From assembly GCA_963920595.1 (NCBI GenBank), contig OY986949.1:2232001-2296000 (forward strand): DNA of 64,000 bases, written 5' to 3'. Positions 38,164-50,311 of this stretch are shown here, one piece after another; positions within the stretch are counted from its first letter, which is position 1, and each line of letters opens with the position of its first letter. The notes under the pieces were generated by a model, which saw nothing but the letters and a program-made list of their open reading frames with translations, ran no database searches and was not told where the DNA came from. Position numbers and translations under genes: made by a program. The DNA comes from Eimeria praecox (lineage: Eukaryota).

Positions 38164-38709
38164 ATGAAAGCCTTTAGTACGCTTTTTTAATTGAACCTCA
38201 TTGGTGCTTCATTTTGAAGCTTGCTACATAGCTTTTAACTGCACACACATTGTTTCTTGCTCTTGATGCTACGCGTCCGCCCTCGGCGGGAACCAGTTCA
38301 TTGAGAGAGGTCATGTCTGCATATTTCGTGAGGTAGAGCATAATTGCTACCCTTCCTTTTACGTGAACTTTAGCACTAGCAGAGAATTCTTTCTAACATT
38401 GGCTTTTTAAAAGTTTCATGGACAGGGTGGTGGGGGCCGGGGTCTGTGACTGGTTCTCGGCGGTCTGAGCACTGATCGGTGGCCGTGTTTCTGCGCGTTC
38501 TTTCGCCAAAGCAAACGCACAGGCCTGTGCTCACTGGAATCGCCTTCTAATTTACCCGTTAGGAAATTTCTCACTCGTATATGGTGCAGTTTCGTCGGAT
38601 TATTCACATTTGTTTAAGTGTAGTCAGCAGGCTTAACCCATGATTGCTGCCCCAGTCCTGCCGCAACACATTGAACCCAATATTTGCCCAAGCAGACTTT
38701 GACAGATTT

Positions 38710-40556
38710 ATGATTGCCAGACACATACGGGATTGTGGTGAGAACGTGCAAATGGCGGTACCAGAGCTGAAGTCGGATCGGCTGCGCATGCAGCTTAGCT
38801 CTGTCGGCGAAAGATTCGCGGGTTTCAAGACCTCTATTGCAGATGATTCTCGCAAGAGGAAGCAAGTAGATGAGCAGAGATATCAGGCAAGCCTTCTTCT
38901 GCTATGGTGTAACTGATTTGCTGATACTAGGCTGCTTTTCAGTGCAGCGGCGCAGACTGGGGAAGTCGTCAAACCCGTTTGTTGTTATTTCTGTCGGCAG
39001 GAAATCAAAGAGTCCATAGTTGCTGTGGAGAAAACCCTCAATCAAGAGATAAAGAGGAGAGTCGATGCTAACAAGACACTCCAACAGATATCTGAACAAA
39101 TGGCTAATGAAATGCTTGACAGGCTGCAACTGCGGATTGTAAAGTACATAGAGAGCCTTACGGTGAGTTGAGTCGAGGTACTTAAGCTTACTATACATGC
39201 AAGTCGTTTAATTTACAGCAAGCTCCACCTAGTTGGTGAGCGTTGAATAACCTGGAGCAGGCGAATATCATTTAATACGCTTAAGCCCATACCTTGAACA
39301 TCTAGTGTACTTTTATATACCATACTTTACATTAAGAATGAGTATGCCTGCGCACTCAGGTGTCGATGGACATGCTGATAACACGCTGCGAAAGCCTAGA
39401 AAAAGGGCTCGCCCAAATGAAGGGAGATTTACCCAGCAAACTTGCGGTGCGGCGACGCGCCATGCCGAGGCATTACTGCTTGATATGCAATATTTCGCGT
39501 ATTCGTCTATCTAAGTACTTGCACGTTTTCCCTCCCATGATCTGATGGCTTTATTGTGCAATTTCTTCCTGTGTCTGCGGCCTGCAGCAAGACTTTGCAT
39601 CCCTTCAGCGTGAAGCAGCCGCCCTTCGTCAGGCATTTGCAGCTGAGGTGAAGAACAAGAATGAATGCGAAAGCCTTGCATGCAAAAAGTTAGGAGAACT
39701 GCAACTTCTCATAGACTCAAAATTCGAAGCTGAGATCGCAGTTAGACAGGAACAGCTGAACCTTCTAAGGCGAGAGGTCGAAAGGCTTGTCAAGTACGTG
39801 AATACTTTGTAAAGCATAAGCAAGTTATACTCTTACTTGAAACAGCCGTCAAGAACTCTCATTATGAGTAGGCGTAGGAAGATGTAACCGCTACACACCT
39901 TCCATAGGAATGCACCCGATTCATGCACCGGTGCAGTGACGAGAATAATTTTGGGGTCTTATTATCGCGTCTAACTATGGCGTGTTGCTAAGGCTGAAGA
40001 AGCTGATGGCTTTTGCTATCCCCCGTTTTGTGCGCTTCGCTGTCATCACCTTGTTGCAATCAGGGGGGACGAAGCCCACGAGCAATTCCACGCCTTCATT
40101 ATGGAGGAGCTGATGGCCCTTAAGAACGGATTGGCTTTAGCCACGCAGGCTCGAGAACAATCAGACGACGAGATCATTCAGGTACAGGATTCACTTGAAT
40201 CTGCGCTGCCCAGATGCCTCTCTAGTGTGCCTACCGTATAGTTATGCTGTGAAACCTCGCTTATCGCATGCTGCCTTGAGGCACTAGGCAGCCACTGAGT
40301 GTGCACAGGGCAGGATTTAGGAATCGGAGAGAGTAAAAGGAATCGAAGAGGGTAAATTACAAGGGAACGAGGGAGGCAATGAATTCGCTGGGTCGACGAT
40401 ATTCTCCGTGAACTGACCTTGTTCTGGACAGCTATGCATTTCCGTGTCTGCCGCCCTAGGGCCACAACCTGTGTTGTTTTTTAACGTGCGAATCAGGCGA
40501 TCAACCAGTACACCACAGCTCTTCAGAAGGGACTGAGGACAATCAACGCACTATAG
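38710..40556 (+). CDS. SF-assemblin (striated fibre assemblin / beta-giardin family), about 6 exons
   Basis: 'LSSVGERFAGFKTSIADDSRKRKQVDEQRYQ|EIKESIVAVEKTLNQEIKRRVDANKTLQ' and C-terminal 'AREQSDDEIIQ|AINQYTTALQKGLRTINAL*', both typical of SF-assemblin. Start is ATG 38710 or 38752. Confidence 0.9.
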
Positions 40557-41778
40557 TTCCCATGGCGCTGCCACATTCGGTCAAGCTCAACGCAAATCCA
40601 CACGAGGATGATTGGCGAATATATTGTCGACCTGCAAATGTGTGGCAGATTCCTGCTTCCTCCTGGGGTAAGCGGTCCCTCGCTTTTCTGATGCATTCGA
40701 GTGGTAGAAAACAAGCTTTTTGGGTACCTGACTTTGGGAGAATTTTTTTGGTGCATTGTGCATTGGCACATATCGACTGGCAGAAAGCCGGTGACATTTC
40801 TGCCTTTCAACTTGGATTTTTATTCGGTTTCATGCCCTTGCGTTAGAAATAATGCAGCTACGGTTACGGGAGGGTCCGCTGTATCCGCAAGAATCTGACA
40901 CACGGCGGTACAGCGATGAGGCAGACATAAGAATCGATAAGGCCCGCTTCTGTGTAATTGAGGAAGCACAGGCAAACCTTGCTTTTGTCAAGAAGGCCAC
41001 TAGAAAGGAAGGACTAACGCAGCGAGCCGGCTGCACCCGGCGATCCTTAATTTGGGGGTGTTTAGAACTGCTTTGGACGCCAGACTCCGGGCAGTCCCGG
41101 ATGGATGTATAGTTTAGCGCGACATGCGGGCAAGCAACTAATCAAACATCTCTAGTTCATTAAGAACTCTTTCGTCTTATGCGTGCCCTGAAGTGTCGGC
41201 ACTGGGGTGCGGTGAGGACGCCTAGATAGAGCACTAGCTGTATACATACATTACAGACTTTTTCAGGTATCGAGTTGGCATCAAATCCGGGAGAAAAGAG
41301 AACATAAGTTGAATTTGGCTTACTTGCCAGTTGGGTGCGACCGGTCAACGTGCCTCTAGCGTAACCCAAGCTGGAACTAGCGTACACTTTCGCCCGCAAC
41401 AGAGTAGTTGCGATGTTTTTATTGTTCAGTAAGACTAGTAGTGCTTTTGTCCAGAAAAATCTATCCATAAGAGAATATTTCAATGCATATCATTCCAAAA
41501 CAGCCTACAGGCAGGCGATGGAGGACTCTGGATTCTGCCTGGCACGATGGCTGTGTGGCTCGCATCGCTGCTATGTCCACAATAAAGGTTCATTTCCTTC
41601 GAAGCACTACCTTCCATTCAGTCTGAACTTTTCCGATTTGAAGCTAGAGACAATAACACTCCACAGGGCTGGCCTCTGGATTTTGTTTGCATCTGTTTTT
41701 CATCTCCTACTCCGGTGATCTAGGCCAGTGTCGAGGGCAGCCGACTAACAGGAAAAAAGCAGCCCTTAATTTCACAAG

Positions 41779-42653
41779 ATGGCGACAACCACTTACCCTT
41801 CGCCATATCCGGCGTATACAGAGACATATCTCACGCCTGAAGGGTACATTCAAGGTGAGTTTCCGTTGGCGAGTTGCTGCGTTCGCCGTCGTGCGGCGTG
41901 GCACGAACGCCAGGGAACACTGCCCTTCAAGTGCTGACGCCTTCTTTCCCGTGGTTGAATTCTCATCAGATTGACATTGCAAATCATATAGAGTCGTGGG
42001 GTGTCCTTGTAGTGCCTAAAATTGAAATCGATGGTCAATGGCGGTGGCGAAACCACTTAGTTGGGCTTTGAGTCCTTCCTGATGCTGGAAAACCTCCACC
42101 TTCTTTCGTCAAAACGCTGTTCTGTGCAATGAATATGTAAACTATTATGTGAGGCGCTATTTTCTGTAGTGGATATGGTAGCTCTGCATCCTCCATTGTC
42201 TTGTTCTCTTCAGGGCAGCACGACAGCATGGCCTACTACGCTGGTGGCCCGGACCCGATGCAGCCCTGCGCTCCTTCTGCTGCTCAACGGATCCATCATA
42301 GCAATGCAGTTGAAGTTCACCACTTTGACCCCATGCCAGCCTACAATTACGTCCCCACAACCTCGCCTCCTCTCTACGAGCCCGCTGCTGGGAGCTTGGG
42401 CGTCAATTACCAAGATCCCAAGATGCAGACATTCTGCCATGCGTTCGGCAGTGAGTTCTCCTTTTATAACACCACCGCAAACAGCGGGATGCCTCAAGGC
42501 TACCATATCGCCATGCAGGGATTCCCAGAGGCGGTGGAAGCTCGTGCAGCCATAAAAAAAGAAATACAAACTCCGCAATCCATGCTGCAACAGGTGCAAC
42601 AAGATAGCCAGCAAGCCAAGAAGAGCAAAAGAAGGTCACTCGCCTGCTGCTGA
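41779..42653 (+). CDS. Small Tyr/Pro-rich hypothetical protein (about 171 aa) with polybasic-CC C-terminus, 2 exons (41779-41854; 42214-42653)
   Basis: ATG exon MATTTYPSPYPAYTETYLTPEGYIQ-G with a GTGAGT donor joins in phase 1 to a TCTTCAG acceptor. It continues GQHDSMAYYAGG... and ends KKSKRRSLACC*. Confidence 0.75.
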
Positions 42654-43523
42654 AGGGGGGAAGCCGAGGCAAGCGGCTGCCAAGATATCTCCCTGTCTGT
42701 TAGTGTGTCAACTGCCAGCTGGAAAAGCGCTAAGCACGGAATCGATCCTCCAGTCCCCGCTCATTGCGCTGCTTTTTGGAATTTGTACAGATGTGTGTGG
42801 TACTTCTATCGAAAATCCAACAGACTTTATAGGGCATCGCGCGATAGCCACTACAAGTAGTAGGTAGGCTTGCGCAGCTCTTTTTTCGAATAACTGTAAC
42901 TCTAGGTCGAATTCCGACACGGTTTGCGGCTATGACGCGATGCCCACTGCTCAGTGCTAGTAGTTTCAATTCATGAGGCGCATTTATGAGCTTAAAAGGA
43001 AGAAATATGGCTTCACTCCACTCCCGAACACTACATTCGCTAAAACTAACCCTATGATGCCCTAGGGTTAAGCAACCATTTGCTTCACAAGCCTGGTTCA
43101 GGCTGCTATCTGTGCTCCCCCTGTTTTCACTAGCGCACACAATGCGTCTGTAGTTCCCGTAGTTGCTGCTGCTGCGTTCAGCGCAGTTAAATTCGTTTTG
43201 CTCCGAAGGCCCGTCAAGAGCAGCTCAAAAGTAACTTTGTGAATCCGGGAAATTTGTCCTCTGCCCTGGCATATGGACCTTTCGTTGCTAGGATAACGCC
43301 CAAAACTCATTAAACCCCACACAGCTGCAGAGCCGCACTGGGTAGGCAAGAGCTTGCTGCTGTGAGGCCTTTGCATCCGCTAGGCTTGGGAGAGAGAAAC
43401 GTTGTCGGCGCACGTGAAGACAAGCACACGACAGAGACCGCTTTGCAAGGTTTCATCCTTAAATGGAGCAAAGACGGTAAAAGTGTGAGGTAAAAATCTG
43501 CACCACAGGCAGCTCATACTTTC

Positions 43524-45405
43524 TCACGAGCGTAAGGCTGTTTCAAAGCTTATGACTTCTTCCTCGGTGCCACAGCACAAAGCTGTTCGGTGGTCCATTT
43601 TTTCGAGGGCCTGAAAGCAGTCGAAGCACTCAACATAACCACGCCAACAGTCACTCCGTCGGGCTACACCTGAATCTTGACGTTCGTATTCCAGGCTAGG
43701 AAAATTCCTGCAGACTTCCAAGATAGAACAGCGAAAAAACTATGCTCTCGCTTGCAGAGATAATCGAAACCGGTAGACTCACTACATCGAGGGCAGAGCA
43801 CTTTCCATTGCTAGAACGGCCCCCCGCTGCTTCCACTAGGAATGCAATTGGCGCTACTTCATACGCAAGACGAAGCTTTGCTGGTGCGCCGCTGCTTGCA
43901 GGGTTGCAGAAGACGCCGTGACCCTTTACAAACATCTGATAGACATCCGGACCGAGTCCTCCTAAAAGCGGATCAGATGGACACAGGAAAAAAATATACA
44001 AATTCAGGTCGCACGCACGCCGTTGAATTATCCTATTTCTTCTTGGCTTCGGATGCCAAGCGCTTCAGCATTCAGAAAGAAACCAGAGGTTCTACGGGAG
44101 ATGCACACCTGTGTATCTAAGCGTGTATCTCTTTTCCATCCAACGCTGCACCATTTTGTTGTACGCCGGAAGGTCCTGGGCAGCCCTTAGGTTTGCAGGG
44201 GAGAAGATCTTTGCTCCTTCCTTTTGGATACTGCAAGGGCCCCTCAAGACCACAGCCGTACCCCCCTCTGGGTCAAGCTGGAGGTCAAAGGTTGAACCCC
44301 CAACAGAAAGCAGCGCAGTCGTTCGCGGCCCATAGATAACCAGAAGCGCCGCGACAAGCTGACGGCCTGGAAAGGGCAGGCATGCAGGCACCAGCGGGTG
44401 GTCTAGCCATCGACGCACTTACCTTATTGTGAAGGGCATTTCCTTTAAACAGAACAGGTTTTAGAGTGTGTGCTTTTAAATACCCGTTGCGCGTGTGTTG
44501 TGATCCCTAAACGGCTAGTGTGACGAGCAAGGGATAGATGAAGGCTACTGATACGTGGAAGCACTGCCACACCTGTGGCGCCGATAAGTGTATTTGGCCC
44601 TTTCCACTGTAGTCCTTTTTCTCCAATCTGCCAAATTCCAAAGATCGATGCAACGCTCCAGTTGCAATCAATAATGCTGCTCCCATCCAGCGGGTCCCAG
44701 CAGATAACAAGGGAACCCCCTGGATTAACTTCCTAAGAATCATACGAGAACAAACAGTTGGGAAGAAGAAGGCATATGAAAGCCACCACTGCAAGAAAGC
44801 ACCCACTAGCGAGGGTTAGGTGAGCCAGAGAAGCCACATATCTCGTCTGGGCATCAAGTCCAACAGGAACGAGCGGGCGCAGGTAACTGCTGAGAGGGGA
44901 CAGGAAATAACATGCACCTCCAGATTTGTTTCTTCTTCACTGCTTATGGCCTTCACAAAGGGGCAGTCCTTGGCCCAATTCCTTAGCTGGCGCTCCGCCA
45001 GTAGATCCACTGACAGCTGTTCTTCCCCAAAACTGTTGCTGGTGCCCGACTTCGTGACTTTCGTGTTGCGCAGGGCTTTGCTTATGCGCCCTTAAGCGTT
45101 CATGAATGCAAGGATTATTCATACAGGCACAGATGCGCATACGCACTTCGGAAGCGCATGGAGCATTATAGCAAGAAAACTAGAAAAAAGGCCGGATACG
45201 CTACGAGTGGCTACGAAAAGGGACACAGGGAGTTCTACCACCAAGTCTACAGAGATATATAACTACAAAAAAGGAACACAATCCCAATCGCACCGCATTC
45301 TTTGAAGAGCGTCGGAAGGGCGGACCTCAAGTCGTTATTGGTGGACACCTTGTCCAGAAGTTCTTCGAGCGTCTTCCCGGAAAAATCGGTCATCTGTCCC
45401 GCCAT
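43524..45405 (-). CDS. Sedoheptulose-1,7-bisphosphatase (FBPase class I family), multi-exon
   Basis: 'SGTSNSFGEEQLSVDLLA', 'ISSEEET', 'WDPLDGSSIIDCNWSVASIFGIW', 'IYGPRTT', 'KIFSPANLRA', 'RYTLRYT|GGLGPDV', 'KLRLAYEVAPIAFLVEAAGG'. The NSFGxEQL and YTLRYTGG signatures are SBPase-type rather than FBPase-type. Confidence 0.9.
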
Positions 45406-45887
45406 TTTCGTCGTAACTCCTGAAAAAGACAGCAGGAGACAAGCTGTCGGGCAGGAAAACACACTTACTTCAGCAAAAAGAATGGGCGGCACAGCTCACT
45501 CCGCACAGTATTCCGTGGGTTCAGCTTTCCCCGCCTAGACTTGTGATATTTAGTGGAAATACAGAATAAGCATGCGAAGTGTCATTTCAGATGCTCCAGC
45601 TAAAATTTTCGCTCTAATGTGATGGGCCCTCCTCCGCAACGAAGGCAAAGGCTAGGCCTTACCGGTCTTGAAGAAGGTATTAACACGAAGTAAGTAATAA
45701 TATATGCATGTAGTTGAAAGAGAAGCAACTAGTAGATGCCGAAGGGGTGGTGCTCGGCTTCCCTTGAAGTGTTCTGTGCTCCGCGTGAGTCTGGGGGGCC
45801 CCAGACCAGACGTAAGTGTCAAATGTGCTCAGTTCAAGTTGAGCGTTCAGTGGGAAGCCATATTAGAGCTCTTTGTCTGAAAAAAAG

Positions 45888-48800
45888 ATGAATTTAGCCT
45901 CTACCACTGAAGCTGAGGGCAAAAATGGCCCAACTGCAGACTTACGAGAGAGGCTGGGCCAGCTATTGGAAAACACTCAGCAAGCGGACAGACCCTGGCT
46001 TGAGTGGCCAATCACTTGGAGAGGTTTACAAGAATCTGACGACCATCTCTTGCTGAGGGAATACTTGACAAGCCCCCTCATCCATAGGGAAAAGCTGGAA
46101 GAAGTATGTCCACTGCGGCCGACGGAGCGTGCAGACCCTCTGCTTGCAGATGCTTCCCTGTTTTGAAGGGAGAAAAGCAATGACGCAGAGAAATGGAGAT
46201 GCCAGACTGTGTATTAGACAGACAACCGGCTTATCCAGTCTCCTTCCTCTGTTTAGGGCCCCCTAGGCGGCGGATTTCAATTAACACGTTTTTTACGCAG
46301 GGAAAAATTATACAAAGGAACACCGAAATTGGTTCACCTTTCATACGCTCCCATGTTCACGCCATGCGCCTGCGTTTACTTAGGTTAGGCGGCAGTTCAT
46401 TACGGCGGTCAGGAATGAGGGCGTTGCGAAGGAGGGAGTGGCGGCTTTCCTGGAAGGTGGAACAACGGATGAGTGGATGCTTTATTCTTGTGAGTGAGTC
46501 CAAGCATATTGGTGATGTAGTATATCACATGCTTTTGCCGTCCTCTTGCGGCACAAGCATGGTATTCGCTTGCGAATTTTAATATTGACGTGTGCAGATA
46601 TTGATTCGCGTATAGAGCCATAGGCAGAACGAATATTATTTACCCTCATCTGCGTCCATAGGCTCCATTAATAAAGGAAAACTGGTTGCTTCTGCACACG
46701 GAATACGATACAGAAGCGTGTTGTTTTTTCTTCAGCTGACTGCAACAAGGCGGCCTTTAGGCAAGAGGCCTTTTTCCAGTATTTGATTGGAATAAACGAG
46801 CCGGACATTTATGCGGCATATATTTTGGCCTCTGAAGAGATTCTGCTGTTTATTCCGAAGATCCCCCAGGATTCCCTAAGGTAGTTCTCTCTAGTTTGAA
46901 GGCTCGACTTAAGCCCACAGGGAGCGGCACAGACAATGATAGCTAACTCAAAGCCTGTGTTTGTTAATCCCTTGGCAGGTTCATGGGCCCTACAAAGGAC
47001 CCCAGCTTTTACAGGAGTCGTTATGCAGTGAAGGACGTTGTTGAGATCAAGGACCTGAAAGAAGTGGAGGGAGAGCTACGGGTATGGACGGCAGTATCGT
47101 GTGACTTCGGCTTCTCACTACGGCTAGACTAGTCCCCGTGTATATGTAGGTAGTGCTGACTAGGAGGGGCAAGCGTCCACAAAGAGACAGGAAACAGCCA
47201 AGCCGCTCTTCAGATGCATGGCCAAGGTCTGTTTTTCTACTCTTACAGAGACGAGGTATACATACACTGCATGTTCTGAAAGGGCAGAACTCCGACAGTG
47301 GGCGACCTGTGGGGCCTCCAAAGGCCCTCAGCAGCTTTTCATCTTTTTCTATTGACGACACGGCCCTCTACAATATACTTGTGGATTGTAGACTCCGGAA
47401 GGTAACTCCTGAATGGTTGTTGGCCACCAATGAAATACCCTTGCTGGGCTGTCCTCCTGTTTTCCATCTACTGTATGTTGTATTTGGTGTCCGAAGTTTG
47501 GCCAGTCGGCTAGTCTTTGGCTTGTTTAGGGTTTAAAGCCGTGCTTAAAGGGCTCATGCCCAAGTAGCGTACTCATACATTTCAGTTTGAGGTTTCTTTT
47601 CTGTTGCTAAGCATATGGTTTGTCTCGCCTCATTACGTGCATTTATTATAGTGCAATCAACACTGGAGAACAAAGTTGTCTGTTTCCTATGCAGACGCCT
47701 CTGGAGGCAGACTTCTTGGCTGCTGCCTGTCTGTGTTCGTCCCAAGCCCACTGCTTTGTTGCGAGGCATGTTCGGTCGGGAATGGTGGAGGGTCAGGCGG
47801 AAGCTCTCTTCAAGGCTTACATTGGGTTTGTGGGGGGTTCTCGGCATGTAGCTTATGACTGCATATGCTGGTGGGTGCGCGTACACGTCTTGAAATCTGT
47901 TAACGCAGAAATACCGTGTCTTCACATTTGCATCTCCAGAATTGACATTTGTAATTTATATAGTGTCGAGAGATCTACCGAATGCAGAACTCGAAAAACA
48001 TGCAGTAGCATCCTTCTTACCACACATGCTTGCTGGTGCGATGCCTTACCGCACGAGCAGTGGTATTATCTATTCACAAACAGCGCGGATTCATCCGCTT
48101 CTTCGTGTTGTCCCCTTGCGTTTCTTGGAGCGCTGGAGTCAATGCATCAATCCTCCACTACGGTCACGCGGGGCGCCCAAACGACGCAGCAATCCAAAGC
48201 AGTGATTTGCTGCTCTTTGACATGGTAGGCGAAGGGCCTATGTTACCTTCACAGTTTGGAAAATGGTAGAAGTGCACGCAATGCAGCATGCTTACAGAGT
48301 AGAGAAGTGGAAAACATCTCCATCCCTTTCCCACTTATTTCTCTACGCAGTTCTTGTGGCGTATGCTCCTCCAGGGTGGAGACTTCAACGGTTATGCCAC
48401 GGACATTACTATCACGTACCCCTCGAGCGGGGTTTTCACAGAAACCCAGAGAGCAATATATGAGGCTGTCCTGGACGCGCAGCTGGCGGTCATTGAGCGC
48501 ATGCGACCTGGTGCAGAGTGGACAGAACTTCATCGATTGGCCGAACGTACTATTCTCAAACACTTGAAGGTCAGGAGTGGCAGCCGACGCTTAGGGTACA
48601 TGCTTCCTACCATGGCACCGAGGTGAAGGCCTGAGGTTTCTGCCGCTCTTTTTGCTCCTATAGCAGCTACTGCACACTTTTGCGGCACCTTCATGTGCAT
48701 CACTTTCGCCGTTTGTGGTGCACTTTTTGAAGCACGTTGTTTGTTCTTTGAAGTCGCATGAAGCTTGGCGCTTCGGTGCGTCCGTGCTGCGCGCCGCACA

Positions 48801-49783
48801 AATGGTATACGACAGTGAAACATATACGTTATTTGGGTGTTCCTACTACTCCTTTGTTTTTTCTAACAAATACTCTTTCAGGCACTAGGACTTCTTGTTG
48901 GATCTCTGGACGACTGCGTGTCGGCCAATATCGGATCTATCTTTATGCCGCATGGTCTTGGTCATTTTTTAGGTATGGACACTCATGATGTTGGAGGCTT
49001 TACGCCTTCTTCCCCTCCGAGTAATCTTCCAGGCCTCCGCTACCTCCGAACCACGAGGACCCTTGAGGAGGGCATGTGCATTACCGTTGAACCGGGTAGG
49101 ATGTAGTGCTGCAGGGTGCAGTTTAGCTTCTTACGCGGCGTGCCCCCGTTGGCACAGGCATTGGTTTTGTTCTGGCAGGAATACTGAGGATATCCACGTT
49201 ATCGGAGACGTCCAGATCCATCTGCCTTTGTCTGGTTGTGAATCAGGGTGCTATTTCGTTAACTATTTATTAAAGCAAGCAGCCTCCAACCCGTCTCAGG
49301 CCCAGTAGGTAGCGCGTGGAGTAACCACTGGGAAGCAGGTGTTTCTCCAGGTTTCCTTAGCAGATGGTGAAACATAGCAGCTAGCTACTTTATAGTTTAT
49401 ATTGTCATTAAATCCGTGTATGTTCGGGTCTGTGATCCTCACTGACACAGCTTGTTGGACTTCACCGTCATCGATAAGTACAAGTCCGTGGGAGGGGTGC
49501 GGTTGGAAGACGATGTCCTGGTTACGAAAACTGGCGTGCGCAACTTAACGGTTAGTTGCTGTTTCCAATTTTGGTCCACCATATCTCGCTATCCCGCGCT
49601 CTTTTCGCATGCACTGCCAGACGTTTCAGGATATCAGCAGCACTCCCCAAAGACATTTTGATTGTTTTGAACTAATGGACTTTGAAGGGTAATCTGCTGC
49701 TTCTTCAGGTTGTACCTCGTTCGGTGGATAGAGTTGAGGAGCTTCTTCGTCTAGGTGCCAAGCCGCCGGGGCAGCGTCCATGA
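45888..49783 (+). CDS. Xaa-Pro dipeptidase (prolidase, M24B), multi-exon
   Basis: '[17 protein letters not shown]', '[12 protein letters not shown]', '[17 protein letters not shown]', '[19 protein letters not shown]', '[21 protein letters not shown]', '[12 protein letters not shown]', and last exon '[10 protein letters not shown]...*' ending at 49783. All metal ligands are present. Confidence 0.92.
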
Positions 49784-50311
49784 GGTCCAGGAAATCGTCG
49801 AACCCCGATTGGTTTATTGCAATTTCAACAGTGTAAAAGGAGATGAAAGATATTCGAACAGTTAGTTTTCCGTTTTGTCGCAATGCGGCGAGCACCGAAA
49901 ACTGCAGTAAGAACATGGCTTGGCCTGAGATACTGAAGATGGGCATAGGCAATCCAACTTTTTTTGAGACCAACTGCCGTGGTGGGCAACAAACACTCAA
50001 GCGACCCTTAAGAGTCGTTCACTCCTCAGCTTAATTGACCAGTGAAGGTTCCACCCTCTATTGCAAATCCCTTGAGTGAATGAATATTTAGAGTGTCTTG
50101 GAGAGCACTGCAGGAGTCCCTTGTTGCTACAGCAGCAAAAAACCCTAGGCTGCTGTTTTCCTTCACAGCAAAGAGACACAAAATTTATCTCCTCCCAATA
50201 GAGGCACGACTCTCGAATCCTCTACAAAGTTGGGCATTGAACGCACCGGCAACCAGCGGCGCTGATTGTGTGATATGCGTGGCTAGCTGACGAAGAAACA
50301 ACGAATGGCAC

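Noticed and set aside
43042..43070. Telomere-like heptamers (AACCCTA, TAGGGTT; also near 47525 and 50141)
   Set aside because: Isolated single units with no array and no surrounding structure.
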